Source: Alphaproteobacteria bacterium (lineage in GTDB: Bacteria > Pseudomonadota > Alphaproteobacteria > RF32 > CAG-239). From it: a DNA stretch of 64,000 nt. The stretch spans positions 1,078 to 65,077 of the forward strand of contig JAHHRI010000002.1 of assembly GCA_020025875.1 (NCBI GenBank), given 5' to 3'. Numbering within the stretch: the first letter of the stretch is position 1; each line of letters starts with the position of its first letter. This document shows positions 7,790 through 18,064 of this stretch, one piece after another. A program made the position numbers and the translations under genes. The notes below the pieces were generated by a model. It made no database searches. It saw nothing but the letters and a program-made list of their open reading frames with translations, and was not told where the DNA came from.

Positions 7790-8704
7790 ATGAAGTATGT
7801 GACGCTGAATAATGATCGGCAGATGCCGATGATGGGACTGGGAACATGGAATGCTCCGGCGGGTAAGGTTTATCAAGCGATTCGCTGGGCAATCAAAATC
7901 GGCTATACACATATCGACTGTGCCGAAATTTATGACAATCAGGAAGAAATAGGGCAGGCCGTGACCGATGCCGTCAACGAAGGGGATATTCGGCGGAAAG
8001 ATTTGTTTGTTACGTCTAAGCTGTGGAACGACTCTCATGCGCCGGAAGATGTGTTGCCCGCGCTTGAAAAAACGCTGAAAGAACTTAAGCTTGACTATCT
8101 TGACTTATATCTCATCCATTGGCCGGTGGCGCAAAAAAAAGGAACCCGAATGCCGACAGGCGCTGACGACATGATATCTCCCGCGGCGTTGCCTTTGGAG
8201 CAGACTTGGGCAGAAATGGAAAAAGCCAAACGGCAGGGGAAGGCGTTGGCAATCGGGCTTTCTAACTGCGGCGCGCGGACCATTTCTTCGTTGTTGGAAA
8301 AGGCAGATGAGCTGCCCTCGGTTTTGCAGGTGGAATCTCATCCCTATCTGCCGCAAAACGAATTGGCCGACTTTTGCCGTAAGAACATGATTGCGATGAC
8401 GGCCTATTCTCCGCTTGGTTCGGGGCAGGGGGAACTTTTGGACGATCCGCAGATTGCGGAAATGGCATTGCGGCTGAAAATTTCGTCGGCGCAGCTGGTG
8501 CTGGCATGGCAGATTAATCGCGGGGTTGCGGTGATTCCCAAGAGTGTCGACGTTGAACATCTGAAAGAAAACTTTGCCGCAATAAACATTGAGCTTGATC
8601 GGGCAGATATGGAAATGTTATCCGGCATGAATAAAAATTTGCGTTATGTTTCCGGCGAAAAGTTTGCTTTCGGCGACTATTCGGCAGCAAATCTATTTGC
8701 ATGA
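7790..8704 (+). CDS. aldo/keto reductase (DkgA-like)
   Basis: MPMMGLGTWN, HIDCAEIYDNQEEIG, LDYLDLYLIHWP, and IPKSVDVEHLKEN are typical AKR blocks. Confidence 0.9.
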   Translation: MKYVTLNNDRQMPMMGLGTWNAPAGKVYQAIRWAIKIGYTHIDCAEIYDNQEEIGQAVTDAVNEGDIRRKDLFVTSKLWNDSHAPEDVLPALEKTLKELKLDYLDLYLIHWPVAQKKGTRMPTGADDMISPAALPLEQTWAEMEKAKRQGKALAIGLSNCGARTISSLLEKADELPSVLQVESHPYLPQNELADFCRKNMIAMTAYSPLGSGQGELLDDPQIAEMALRLKISSAQLVLAWQINRGVAVIPKSVDVEHLKENFAAINIELDRADMEMLSGMNKNLRYVSGEKFAFGDYSAANLFA

Positions 8705-8733
8705 GTCGTCAGGCTTATTTGCCGTTTTTTCCC

Positions 8734-8773
8734 AAAAAAAAGGAGCGGGTCACTAAGACCGGCTCCTTTTTTT
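8734..8773. terminator. bidirectional intrinsic terminator
   Basis: AGGAGCGGGT pairs with ACCGGCTCCT (one mismatch), flanked by an A-run and a T-run. Lies between convergent genes. Confidence 0.6.
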
Positions 8774-8791
8774 AAAGAGATAAAAAAAGCG

Positions 8792-9502
8792 TTAATACGC
8801 TTTCACATTGGCAACGGTAATACCATAGGTGTTTTCGTTACCCCATTTTTTGCCAGCATATTTTTTTGCTTTGGCATGCTTTTCCATCCGTGCCACTTTG
8901 TAGGCGGTTGTGTTCTTTAAGAACTTGCCTTGGGAATCGTAAATCTTCCATTGCTTTTTGTCGGGTACTTTGACAACGTAGCGGAAGTCTTTGCCGTCGG
9001 CTTGCTCAAGCAAGATAATCTTTTCCCATTCCGGAGAAAGCGGACCAACGCCCCATTTTCCGTTTTGAGCAAAGAATACGCGCTCGCCATGCAGGTAGAA
9101 ATTCTGATAAGGGCCGAAAGCTGACTTTTTGCCGTTTTTCAGGTAATATTTTCCCGCAGTATTTTCAAGCATGAAGTGGGTCGGCGCATAGGATATTTTA
9201 TCATACGTCTGACCGGTGACTGATTTGCCGTCCATGCCAAGCAGATCCCATTTGACAGGCTCGCCGGCTTGCTTTCGTCCGCGTTGGGCGACCAGATAAC
9301 CGTAGTGCGCTTCTGCCTTCACATAGAGCGGGGCAGTTAACGGGTTTTCGGCATTGGCGATTTTGATACCTACCAGAGGAGTGTTTTCCGCCGTGTAAGT
9401 AACGAGGTTTTTCGTTCCTTTAATCGGCGTTTCAACGGATTTGAATCTGTTGCAGCTCATCGCCAAAAGGCAGATGAGGGATGCTAATATAAACTTTTTC
9501 AT
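8792..9502 (-). CDS. hypothetical lipoprotein
   Basis: Lipobox LLAMSC and 236 aa. Repeated G-K-W/Y-type turns (NGKWGVG, DSQGKFL) are reminiscent of WG-repeat proteins, but the family is not verified. Confidence 0.65.
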   Translation of the reverse strand: MKKFILASLICLLAMSCNRFKSVETPIKGTKNLVTYTAENTPLVGIKIANAENPLTAPLYVKAEAHYGYLVAQRGRKQAGEPVKWDLLGMDGKSVTGQTYDKISYAPTHFMLENTAGKYYLKNGKKSAFGPYQNFYLHGERVFFAQNGKWGVGPLSPEWEKIILLEQADGKDFRYVVKVPDKKQWKIYDSQGKFLKNTTAYKVARMEKHAKAKKYAGKKWGNENTYGITVANVKAY

Positions 9503-9654
9503 AAGCGAAAAATTTAGAAGTTAATAAAAGTTAAAAATTACATGATCCTGAAAAAGATACATTATTTGTCTAAGATTGTCAATATATTAAATGATTTTTT
9601 ATTTTTAGCGATTATCTTGCTATTCAAATTGCTATCTTTACCTATGGGGGAAAA

Positions 9655-10983
9655 ATGGAGAAAATATCATCGAAGGAACTGCTTGCCGTGGTCGAATCCG
9701 CTTCGGAGGTGGCAGACAGGGTTATTGATCGGGTGACGACGGACAGCAGACAGGCGGTAGACGGCGCATTGTTTGTCGCCGTGCGCGGTGAAAATTTTGA
9801 CGGACATGATTTTGTCGGTCAGGCGTTGGATAAAGGCGCGGCCTTGGCATTGGTGGAAAGACCGCTTTCGGGGGTGCCGCTTGATCGGCAAGTGGTGGTC
9901 AAAAATACGCTTGACGCTTATGGCAAAATCGGTGCGTATAACCGTTCAAAATTTAGAGGAACGGTTATCGGCTTGACCGGAAGCGCCGGCAAGACAACCA
10001 CCAAGGAGGAAATTAAATTTGCCCTTTCCCGTTTTGGACGGGTGTATGCCACTTCCGGCAACCATAACAATCATATCGGAGTGCCGATGAGCTTGTGCGA
10101 AATGGATATGAACGCCGATTATGCCGTCATTGAGATGGGCATGAGCGCCAAAGGTGAAATTGCCCGTCTGACCTCGTATGTTCAACCTGATGTGGCTTTG
10201 GTGACCAATGTTTACCCGATGCATATTGAATTTTTTGAAAATTTTGCGGGAATTGCCGAAGCCAAAGCGGAGATTTTCGAAGGTTTGAAAAAAGGCGGTG
10301 TTGCGTTGATCAACGAAGATACCCATTTTGCAGACATTTTGGAACAACGCGCTTTGGAACACGCTGCCCGTGTGGTTAAATTTGGCCGCTCCCATCATTA
10401 TGCGGGCAAACTGACATTGGAGCAAGAAGGCGAAGCGCAGCTGTATAATGCGTGGGCAACCTTGGCTGTCGTTGAAGCTTTGGGGCTGGAGGTCGACAAA
10501 GCCGCGGCGGCATTGAAAGATTTTGGCGCTTTGCCGGGGCGGGGCAAAACTCATCGGTTGAAATTGCCGTCGGGCGGCGCGTTTACACTGATAGATGACA
10601 GCTATTCCGGACAGCCCGAAGCGATGATGTTGGCGATTGACGGCTTGGATAAGCAGGTGTGCGCGGGGCGAAAAATTGTGGTTCTCGGCAAAATGGCAGA
10701 GTTGGGACAAACCGCCGAAGCACGCCACAAAGAAATTGGCAAACGTCTTTCTGCAACTTCGATAGCCGTTGCCGTCGGTGTGTGTCCGGATATGCGTACC
10801 ATGCTTGCCGAACTAAGGCCGGATCAGGAAAAGCACTATTTTGAAGACAAACAGGGCGTGGTGGAATTTCTCTTAAATAATCTGTTGCAAAATAATGATA
10901 TTTTGCTTATAAAAGGAGCCAGATATTCGTCAAAATTATATCAGGTAACAGATGCATTGCTGAAAGGGCTGGAAAAAGCATGA
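9655..10983 (+). CDS. murF: UDP-N-acetylmuramoyl-tripeptide--D-alanyl-D-alanine ligase
   Basis: Mur ligase P-loop [13 protein letters not shown], plus [16 protein letters not shown] and [11 protein letters not shown] blocks. 442 aa. Confidence 0.93.
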   Translation: MEKISSKELLAVVESASEVADRVIDRVTTDSRQAVDGALFVAVRGENFDGHDFVGQALDKGAALALVERPLSGVPLDRQVVVKNTLDAYGKIGAYNRSKFRGTVIGLTGSAGKTTTKEEIKFALSRFGRVYATSGNHNNHIGVPMSLCEMDMNADYAVIEMGMSAKGEIARLTSYVQPDVALVTNVYPMHIEFFENFAGIAEAKAEIFEGLKKGGVALINEDTHFADILEQRALEHAARVVKFGRSHHYAGKLTLEQEGEAQLYNAWATLAVVEALGLEVDKAAAALKDFGALPGRGKTHRLKLPSGGAFTLIDDSYSGQPEAMMLAIDGLDKQVCAGRKIVVLGKMAELGQTAEARHKEIGKRLSATSIAVAVGVCPDMRTMLAELRPDQEKHYFEDKQGVVEFLLNNLLQNNDILLIKGARYSSKLYQVTDALLKGLEKA

Positions 10984-11447
10984 AATGTCCGTTTTGCGGT
11001 TTTTTGGATTCTCAGGTCAAAGATTCTCGGCTGACCGAAGACGGCGTGTGTATCAGACGGCGGCGAGAGTGTCCGGAATGCGGATCGCGGTTTACCACTT
11101 TTGAGCGGGTGCAGTTGCGCGAATTGGTGGTGGTTAAGAAAAATGGCGCCAAAGAGCGTTTTGAGCGTGAAAAACTTGAACGCTCCCTTCAGCTGGCGGT
11201 GCGCAAACGACCGGTTGCGCCGGAGCGGGTGGAAAAAATCGTCACTTCGATTCAGCGGCGGATGGAAAGTTCGGGCGAAACGGAAATTTCTTCGCGTCTG
11301 ATCGGAGAATATGCCATGGAGGCGTTGGCGGCGCTCGACAATGTTGCTTATGTGCGTTTTGCTTCGGTTTATAAGGACTTTTGCGAAGTGAGCGATTTTG
11401 AAGAATTTGTGGCACAAATTGATGAAATGACCAAACCAAGAGGATAA
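10980..11447 (+). CDS. nrdR: transcriptional repressor NrdR
   Basis: [17 protein letters not shown] ... [12 protein letters not shown] zinc ribbon plus an ATP-cone. Overlaps the murF stop by 4 nt. Confidence 0.95.
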   Translation: MKCPFCGFLDSQVKDSRLTEDGVCIRRRRECPECGSRFTTFERVQLRELVVVKKNGAKERFEREKLERSLQLAVRKRPVAPERVEKIVTSIQRRMESSGETEISSRLIGEYAMEALAALDNVAYVRFASVYKDFCEVSDFEEFVAQIDEMTKPRG

Positions 11448-11466
11448 TAAGGAAAAGGAATAAGAA

Positions 11467-11958
11467 ATGGCAAAATTCGTTTCGGAAAAAATCAAAATGA
11501 GAACCGCTGCCAGACTTGCCGCGGTGCAGGCAACTTATATGGCTGTCTACGGGCAGTTGCCGGTAGACGAAGTCGTTAAGGAATTTTTAAATGGCGAAGT
11601 CGGGCGTTTTGTGATTGAAGATAATCCGGATAACGGAAACGAAGAATTTCGCGAAGTGGAACCGATGGACAAAGCCTATTTTGAAAAACTGGTGCGCGGT
11701 GTGCAAGCCAACAAAGAAGAATTGGAAAAGTCGCTTAACCTGTTTTTGAATGCCGGTTGGACGCTGGAGCGTCTGGACGGTACCATGCAGGCGCTTTTGT
11801 TATGTGCCGTTTATGAAATTAACAATACGCTCGAATTGGACGCCAAAGTGGTGATTCAGGAATATGTCGATATGGCATATGCCTTTTTCTCCAAAGGAGA
11901 ACCGAAAATGGTCAATGCCCTTTTGGACCAGATCGCCCGCGAAGTTCGCAGCGCCTGA
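11467..11958 (+). CDS. nusB: transcription antitermination factor NusB
   Basis: RTAARLAAVQATY N-terminus, 163 aa, and a position after nrdR typical of this neighbourhood. Confidence 0.88.
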   Translation: MAKFVSEKIKMRTAARLAAVQATYMAVYGQLPVDEVVKEFLNGEVGRFVIEDNPDNGNEEFREVEPMDKAYFEKLVRGVQANKEELEKSLNLFLNAGWTLERLDGTMQALLLCAVYEINNTLELDAKVVIQEYVDMAYAFFSKGEPKMVNALLDQIAREVRSA

Positions 11959-11975
11959 GGAGGAATGCAGACAAA

Positions 11976-12500
11976 ATGGCAAAACTGAAAATATACGAAT
12001 ATCCCGATCCGGTGCTCAAACAAAAGGCTTTGCCGGTCGAAAAAGTGGACGATGAGCTGCGCCGCTTGCTCGATGATATGTTGGAAACCATGTATTCCGC
12101 AGTCGGTGTCGGGCTGGCAGCACCCCAAGTCGGTGTCTTGAAACGGGTGATTGTGATTGACACGCATGACGAAGAAGAAGGCGAAAAGCCGCGCCCGTTG
12201 TATTTGGTGAATCCGGAAATTGTTGCCCATTCGGAAGAAAAAATCTGCCATGAGGAAGGGTGCCTGTCCGTACCCGATCAGCACGCGGAGGTGATGCGCT
12301 TTGCCGAAGTTCGGGTGCGCTATCTGGACTATCGCGGAGAAGAAAAAGAGCTGGCGGCTTCGGGCTTGTTAGCCATTGCCCTGCAACACGAAATAGATCA
12401 TTTGGACGGCATTTTGTACATTGACCACCTAAGCCGGTTAAAACGGCAGATGCTTTTGAAAAAATTGCAGAAAATGCGGACGGAGGTTGATGAAAAATGA
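11976..12500 (+). CDS. def: peptide deformylase
   Basis: GVGLAAPQVG, EGCLSVP and QHEIDHLDG, the three Def motifs. Confidence 0.96.
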   Translation: MAKLKIYEYPDPVLKQKALPVEKVDDELRRLLDDMLETMYSAVGVGLAAPQVGVLKRVIVIDTHDEEEGEKPRPLYLVNPEIVAHSEEKICHEEGCLSVPDQHAEVMRFAEVRVRYLDYRGEEKELAASGLLAIALQHEIDHLDGILYIDHLSRLKRQMLLKKLQKMRTEVDEK

Positions 12501-13387
12501 AAATTGTGTTTATGGGAACGCCGGAATTTGCATTGGCCGCTTTGAAAAAGCTGGCGGCGGAACACGAGGTGGTGGCGGTTTATACCAAAGAACCCAAAAA
12601 TGCCGGTCGGGGCAACAAACAACTCAAAACGCCGGTGCATTGTTGGGCGGAAGAACAGGGAATGGAAGTGCGCACGCCCAAAACACTGCGCAATGCGGAG
12701 GAGCAGGAAAAATTTGCCGCGCTTGGCGCAGATATGGCAGTGGTTGCCGCCTATGGTCTGATTTTGCCGCCGCCGGTGCTGGAGGCTTTTCCTCTTGGTT
12801 GCGTCAATATTCACGGTTCTCTGCTGCCAAGATGGCGCGGTGCGGCGCCGATCCAGCGTGCCATTGAGGCCGGTGACAAAAAAAGCGGTATTACAACCAT
12901 GAAGATGGATGCCGGACTGGATACCGGCGATATGTTGCTGAAAGCAGAAACCGAAATCGGCGATAAAATGACCGGCGGCGAGTTGCACGACAAGCTGGCG
13001 GAAATGGGGGCGGAGCTGATTGCGCGGACACTGCGGGAGTGGAAGGATATTTGCCCGCAGAAACAAGATGATGCGTTGTCTTGCTATGCCGCCAAAATAG
13101 ACAAAGCGGAAAGTGTGCTTGATCTCAACATATCGGCGGCTTTGCTGGAGCAAAAAATTCGTGCCTTTAATCCCTATCCGGCAGTGTGTTTTGAACACAA
13201 AAATGAGCGGTTCAAAATTTTGCGGGCAGCGCTTTGCAAAGAAGATGTTGCCGCCGGCAAAATGGTGCGTCGCGGCGAAAAATTGTTTATGGGATGTGTT
13301 GACGGCGCGTTGGAAATTTTGGAAATTCAACGACAAGGGAAAAAAGCAATGACTGTCGCCGAACTGTTGCGAGGATATGATTTTTGA
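12497..13387 (+). CDS. fmt: methionyl-tRNA formyltransferase
   Basis: MKIVFMGTPEFA and NIHGSLLPRWRGAAPIQRAI. Overlaps the def stop. Confidence 0.95.
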   Translation: MKIVFMGTPEFALAALKKLAAEHEVVAVYTKEPKNAGRGNKQLKTPVHCWAEEQGMEVRTPKTLRNAEEQEKFAALGADMAVVAAYGLILPPPVLEAFPLGCVNIHGSLLPRWRGAAPIQRAIEAGDKKSGITTMKMDAGLDTGDMLLKAETEIGDKMTGGELHDKLAEMGAELIARTLREWKDICPQKQDDALSCYAAKIDKAESVLDLNISAALLEQKIRAFNPYPAVCFEHKNERFKILRAALCKEDVAAGKMVRRGEKLFMGCVDGALEILEIQRQGKKAMTVAELLRGYDF

Positions 13388-13449
13388 GCCTTTTTGCAGA
13401 ACAAAAAGACCTTGTCAGCGAGCGAAAAAAAAGAGATAAGGGCGGAAAG

Positions 13450-13806
13450 ATGCTTTACGAAAGCGAAAAAATGCCCGCTGACGAAGTCGCCGCCCAAAAC
13501 GATAGCCGAGAAAAGCGGCGCAGAGCATATCAAAAGATTTTGCTGTTTGTTGTCGGTTGGTTTACCGTTCCGTTTCTGACTGGCGGGGTGTGGTATGATT
13601 TGTTCGGTGGGCTCGGTGTCGGAGAAATCTGGCAGCGGTTGACGCATCCGCGTGAGCTGATTGACGCATGGGGGGTTTATCCGCTTGCTTTTGCCGCATT
13701 TGCTTATTTGCCTGCCAAAATAAGCCAAGCAAGCTGGGGGAAGCGCATTGTTTATTTTGTGCTTTTTTATTTTTTGCTTTGCCGGCTGGTTGGCTTTTTG
13801 TCTTAA
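13450..13806 (+). CDS. hypothetical membrane protein
   Basis: Several hydrophobic helices (ILLFVVGWFTVPFL, VYPLAFAAFAYL, IVYFVLFYFLLCRLVGFL). The start is uncertain: ATG at 13450 versus TTG at 13384. Confidence 0.5.
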   Translation: MLYESEKMPADEVAAQNDSREKRRRAYQKILLFVVGWFTVPFLTGGVWYDLFGGLGVGEIWQRLTHPRELIDAWGVYPLAFAAFAYLPAKISQASWGKRIVYFVLFYFLLCRLVGFLS

Positions 13807-13957
13807 AAAAAATCTTTCGAAACAATTTGATGACTAGTGCCGCTGTGAGCTGTTGAAGGCCATGTACAACGGCAGGAAACAAATTTTTGTTGATTGATGG
13901 CGGCGGTCTGCCGATTGTTGTTTCAAAATGAGTTTGTTTGGCAAAACGGCATATATT

Positions 13958-13990
13958 AAAAAAGGAGCCTTTTTCAGAGGCTCCTTTTTT
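13958..13990. terminator. bidirectional intrinsic terminator
   Basis: 10-bp stem AAAGGAGCCT (13961-13970) pairs with AGGCTCCTTT (13978-13987), with flanking A and T runs. Confidence 0.75.
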
Positions 13991-14005
13991 GTATGTGCTT
14001 TTCCG

Positions 14006-15295
14006 TCAGAAGTTGTAGTTAAGCGAAAAAGCAAAAATGTTGACGCGGTTGGAATAATCGGCCTTGAGGGCGCCGCGTTCGGCATCTCCGGCATGGTCTC
14101 CGCGTAGGTTGACTTTGCTTTTGTCGGCATGAATGTATGTGTAGCCGAGGTTAAAAGTCAGTTTTTCGTTGTATTGATATTGCAAACCTGCGGAATACCA
14201 AATACGGTTGGCATCAGGGATACGCGGGGTGCGATATTCTTCACCGACGGCGCTTTTGTCAAGAGCCAAACCGAGACGTAGTTTCCACTGATGGTCAAGC
14301 TGATAGTTGGCGCCGATGGCATAAAAATCCGTATCTTTCCAGTTTTCTTCGGTCAGACTCAGGTTGGGCTTGTTTTCGCCGACGATGTTGAGGTTTTTGA
14401 ATCTGGACCAGAAAACCCGACTATATTCAGCCATGACGGCCCAACGATCGTTAATTTGGTGATAAACGCCGGTGCTGAAACTGGCGGGAGTGGTCAGACG
14501 GGCGGAAACGTCTTGGTTGAGACCGTTGGGACCGAGTTTGCCGAGTTGTGAGAGCAAGCCGCCGGAACCCATTGCGCCGTCAAAAGAAACATCACCTTTC
14601 AGTTTGTGGCGGATTTGGCTGCGATAGCCGACGCCGATACGTGTTGCCGGAGACAATTCGTATAAAGCACCGAGCTGATAACCGACATCCAGAGTTTTGC
14701 CTTGCAGGCTGGCATTGTCTTCTAAAACGCCGAGAGGGGTTGCCAGACGGACGCCGTTGCGGAGAACGGCTTTGATGTACTGGATCTGCATACCGGCACC
14801 GAGAGAGAGTTTGTCGTTGGCTTTGTATGCAACCATCGGGGTAACGGTGGCCGTTGTCACTTTGGAAACGGTGCCATGGAATCTGCCGGCCCAGCGGCTG
14901 TCATATTTGGTGATCATGCCATAAGGCACGTTAAGCGAAATTGCTGCCGTTATTTTGTCGTTTAGTTGCCGTGATAAATAGAAATGGGGCGACATGGCGG
15001 CGTGAACAATGTTGTCGACATAGCCGCTTTGATCGCCAAATTCGTTAAACGCGTTTTTGGCGGTTGAACGCGGCGAAATCCATGTGCCGCCCATGTAAAT
15101 ATGCGTTCCCCGATGGCGGGTTAAAACGGCAGGGTTGTAAAAAGAATAGGAAATATCTTCCGCGCCTGCGGTTGCACCGGCAAAGGCGTTGCCTTGCGCG
15201 GAGGCTGATTGTTCTTTAAGAAAAAATCCGGATGCGTTTGCTTCCGAACAGGAAAGAACCGCGGCAAGGGCGGTCAAAGTTATAAGTTTTTTCAT
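14006..15295 (-). CDS. fadL: outer-membrane long-chain fatty acid / hydrophobic compound transporter (FadL/TodX family)
   Basis: Signal peptide, then SGFFLKEQSASAQGNAFAG (FadL N-terminal hatch motif). 429 aa, with a C-terminal aromatic NYNF. Confidence 0.88.
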   Translation of the reverse strand: MKKLITLTALAAVLSCSEANASGFFLKEQSASAQGNAFAGATAGAEDISYSFYNPAVLTRHRGTHIYMGGTWISPRSTAKNAFNEFGDQSGYVDNIVHAAMSPHFYLSRQLNDKITAAISLNVPYGMITKYDSRWAGRFHGTVSKVTTATVTPMVAYKANDKLSLGAGMQIQYIKAVLRNGVRLATPLGVLEDNASLQGKTLDVGYQLGALYELSPATRIGVGYRSQIRHKLKGDVSFDGAMGSGGLLSQLGKLGPNGLNQDVSARLTTPASFSTGVYHQINDRWAVMAEYSRVFWSRFKNLNIVGENKPNLSLTEENWKDTDFYAIGANYQLDHQWKLRLGLALDKSAVGEEYRTPRIPDANRIWYSAGLQYQYNEKLTFNLGYTYIHADKSKVNLRGDHAGDAERGALKADYSNRVNIFAFSLNYNF

Positions 15296-15629
15296 TTTAA
15301 AATATCTTGTTGTAGTTTAGCCTTGCAACATTTTGCAATATCGGAACCGCAGCGGAATTTTATATATTATTTATTATGTTTGGCTGCCGATGTTTCCGTT
15401 TGCAATAAAACGAAATAAAATGTTACGGTTGGCAATCTAACCAGATTGTTGTCAAAAATCAAGAGGTTAATTTTATCCCCTGTATATTTTAATAAAAAAA
15501 GCCTATTTTCAATGGGTTATCTTTGGAGATGAGGTTATTGTTGACGGAATTTGTTTTTATGCTTTACAAAATTCTGTCGAAAATAGTACAGTATAGCCAT
15601 GTTTCAAGTGAATTACGGAGACTATCGTT

Positions 15630-17792
15630 TTGCGAAATTTTATAAGGTTTTGTTTGAAAACCATCTTTACAATATTTAAAGTCAGATGCTCAATTGAGTT
15701 TGACGAAAAGGATATGCCGGAGAAAGGCGTTTATGTTGCCAACCATGTTTCTTTCTTCGATCCGGTTTTGCTGTTTGCTTTTTTGCCGGGGGATCCGGTT
15801 TTTGCCCTAAACGGGCATTTGTACCGCAGCCGGCTGATCCGTTTTTTGATGAAAACAGCCGATATCATGCCCTTTAACCCCATTGAACCCGGTGACATCA
15901 AAGAGCTGATTGCCAAAGTGGACAGCGGGCGTTTGTGTGTGATTTTTGCCGAAGGACGGGTGACGGAAAGCGGTGGTTTGATGAAAATTTATGAAGCGCC
16001 GGGGTTGGTTGCCGACAAGTCGGGAGCGCCGCTCATTCCGGTTTGGATTGAAGGACCGCAATATGGTTATTTTTCCAAAACCAAAGGCAAGCTGCCTCAT
16101 CGTCCGTTGCCCAAAGTGCGGGTGATTGTCGGACGACCGCGCTCCTTTAAGCTAAAAGATGAACTCCGCCGTCAGCGCGATCACATCAGTAATGAAGTGT
16201 ATATGATTTTGCGCGAAATGAGTTTTGAAGTTCGTTATAATCCGGATATTTCGCTTTTTGCCCAACTGATGAAAACCGCCAAAGTGCACGCCAAAAAAGG
16301 CTTGTTTCGGCGTCCGAAGTTTGTTGAGGACATTCAGCGCAAACCACAGTCTTACCGCGACATTATCATCAAGTCTTTCGTGCTTGGAAAATATTTGAAG
16401 CGGCGGACGGAGCCGGAAGAACATGTGGGCTTGTTTTTGCCCAATTCGGTTGCCGCGCTGTGCAGCTTTTTCGGGCTGACGGCTTACGGCAGAATTCCGG
16501 TTATGCTCAATTTTTCTGTCGGTGCCCAAAACATGGCGTCGATGTGCAAGACGGCACAGGTGCGAATCGTGGTGACGTCACTGGCTTTCATCAAAACCGC
16601 CAAAATGGAAGAAGCGGTGAAGATGATGGAAAAAAACGGCGTGAAGATTATTTATTTGGAAAAAGCTGCCAAAGAAATCGGCTTGTGGGATAAGATCAAC
16701 GCTTATTTGCGCTACAAAATTAAACGCGTGCCGATTAAAAAAGGCGGAAACCGTAAGGCAGTGATTTTGTTTACTTCCGGTTCGGAAGGCGCGCCGAAAG
16801 CCGTTGTTTTGAGCCATGCAAACATCATCTCCAACATCAAGCAAATGTCGGCGATTGAAACCATCAACGTGACCGATACGGTGTTTAATGCTCTGCCGAT
16901 GTTCCATAGCTTCGGTCTGGTGGTGGGCACTTTGTTCCCGTTGTTTGAGGGAGCCAAGCTGTTTTTGTATCCGTCGCCTTTACACTATCGTGTGGTGGCA
17001 GAAATCGTTTACGAGATCGGCGCCTCAATTATGTTCGGAACCGATACTTTCTTCCGCGGTTACGGACGTATTGCCCACCCGTTCGATTTTCATAATATTC
17101 GTTTTATGTTCGGTGGCGCGGAAGCCGTTAAGCCCGATACGCGAAACATATGGATGGAGCGGCTCGGCATTCGGGTGCTGGAAGCATACGGCGCTACAGA
17201 ATGTTCGCCGGTGGTGAGTGCCAATAACCGTATTTTTAACCGCTTTGGCTCCATCGGCAAACTTTTGCCGGCGATAGAGTACAGAATTGATCCCGTGCCG
17301 GGTATCGAAAAAGGCGGCGAGTTGGTGGTGCGCGGACCTAACATTATGATGGGGTATATCATGCCCGACAATCCGGGGGTGTTGGTGCCGCTTAAAGACG
17401 GTTGGTATCACACCGGAGACGTGGTGGAAATTGATGAGATCGGGTTTGTTTATATTCGGGATCGGATCAAACGTTTTGCCAAAATCGGCGGGGAAATGGT
17501 TTCCTTAAATGCGGTGCATGAAATGGTATGCAAAGCCTATGAGGTCGATGGCGAATTTCAGTATGGCGTGGTGGCGGTGCCGCATGAAAGCAAAGGCGAG
17601 CAGATTGTGTTGGCAACCAACAACCGCAATGTGACGCAAGACGGGCTGCATGCCTATATCAGGGCCAATGCCATGTCGGAGTTGTTTTTGCCGAGAATGA
17701 TCCTGTATATGGACAAGCTGCCGGTTTTTGCCACCGGTAAGGCCGACAATGTAACTTTGAAAAAACTTGTCTTAGAAGAAATGGCCAAATAG
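15630..17792 (+). CDS. aas: bifunctional lysophospholipid acyltransferase / acyl-ACP synthetase (Aas-like fusion)
   Basis: N-terminal PlsC-type H(X4)D box (ANHVSFFDP). The C-terminal adenylate-forming domain has FTSGSEGAPKAVVLSH, YGATE, GDVVEIDEIGFVYIRDRIKRFAKIGGEMVS. TTG start at 15630. Confidence 0.85.
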   Translation: MRNFIRFCLKTIFTIFKVRCSIEFDEKDMPEKGVYVANHVSFFDPVLLFAFLPGDPVFALNGHLYRSRLIRFLMKTADIMPFNPIEPGDIKELIAKVDSGRLCVIFAEGRVTESGGLMKIYEAPGLVADKSGAPLIPVWIEGPQYGYFSKTKGKLPHRPLPKVRVIVGRPRSFKLKDELRRQRDHISNEVYMILREMSFEVRYNPDISLFAQLMKTAKVHAKKGLFRRPKFVEDIQRKPQSYRDIIIKSFVLGKYLKRRTEPEEHVGLFLPNSVAALCSFFGLTAYGRIPVMLNFSVGAQNMASMCKTAQVRIVVTSLAFIKTAKMEEAVKMMEKNGVKIIYLEKAAKEIGLWDKINAYLRYKIKRVPIKKGGNRKAVILFTSGSEGAPKAVVLSHANIISNIKQMSAIETINVTDTVFNALPMFHSFGLVVGTLFPLFEGAKLFLYPSPLHYRVVAEIVYEIGASIMFGTDTFFRGYGRIAHPFDFHNIRFMFGGAEAVKPDTRNIWMERLGIRVLEAYGATECSPVVSANNRIFNRFGSIGKLLPAIEYRIDPVPGIEKGGELVVRGPNIMMGYIMPDNPGVLVPLKDGWYHTGDVVEIDEIGFVYIRDRIKRFAKIGGEMVSLNAVHEMVCKAYEVDGEFQYGVVAVPHESKGEQIVLATNNRNVTQDGLHAYIRANAMSELFLPRMILYMDKLPVFATGKADNVTLKKLVLEEMAK

Positions 17793-17946
17793 GGCGGCAA
17801 GGACGCTCTGTGCGGCAATGCTTTGGTTGGCAAACGAATTGCGAAGGGCTTGTTCATGATATGATCCGTTAAACAGAATCCATATCTATTGAAAAAGGCA
17901 ACAGCGTTGCGTTTGCGTTGAAGGCGGTTTGGTAAACCGGTTTATC

Positions 17947-17977
17947 AAAAAAAAAGGAGTTTGGAACTCCTTTTTTT
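17947..17977 (+). terminator. intrinsic terminator after aas
   Basis: GGAGT (17956-17960) pairs with ACTCC (17966-17970), within an A-run and T-run context. Confidence 0.55.
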
Positions 17978-18064
17978 GTGTTTTAACGAAACCGGCTCTT
18001 GCTTTTCTTGAGAAAGATATTTATCGTATCGGTATGTTTCAGCAAATAATACAGGAGAAAAATT

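Noticed and set aside
12398-13336. Long antisense or shadow ORFs opposite fmt (312 aa), murF (9946..10728), ftsY (59607..60437), the solute-binding protein gene (38889..39797), murB (27876..28601), rluD (48957..49625) and the first gene (171..1013).
   Set aside because: Each overlaps a confidently identified gene on the other strand. Each has an implausible composition (Arg/Phe/His/Gln-rich) and lacks start-site signals. I treat them as non-coding shadows.
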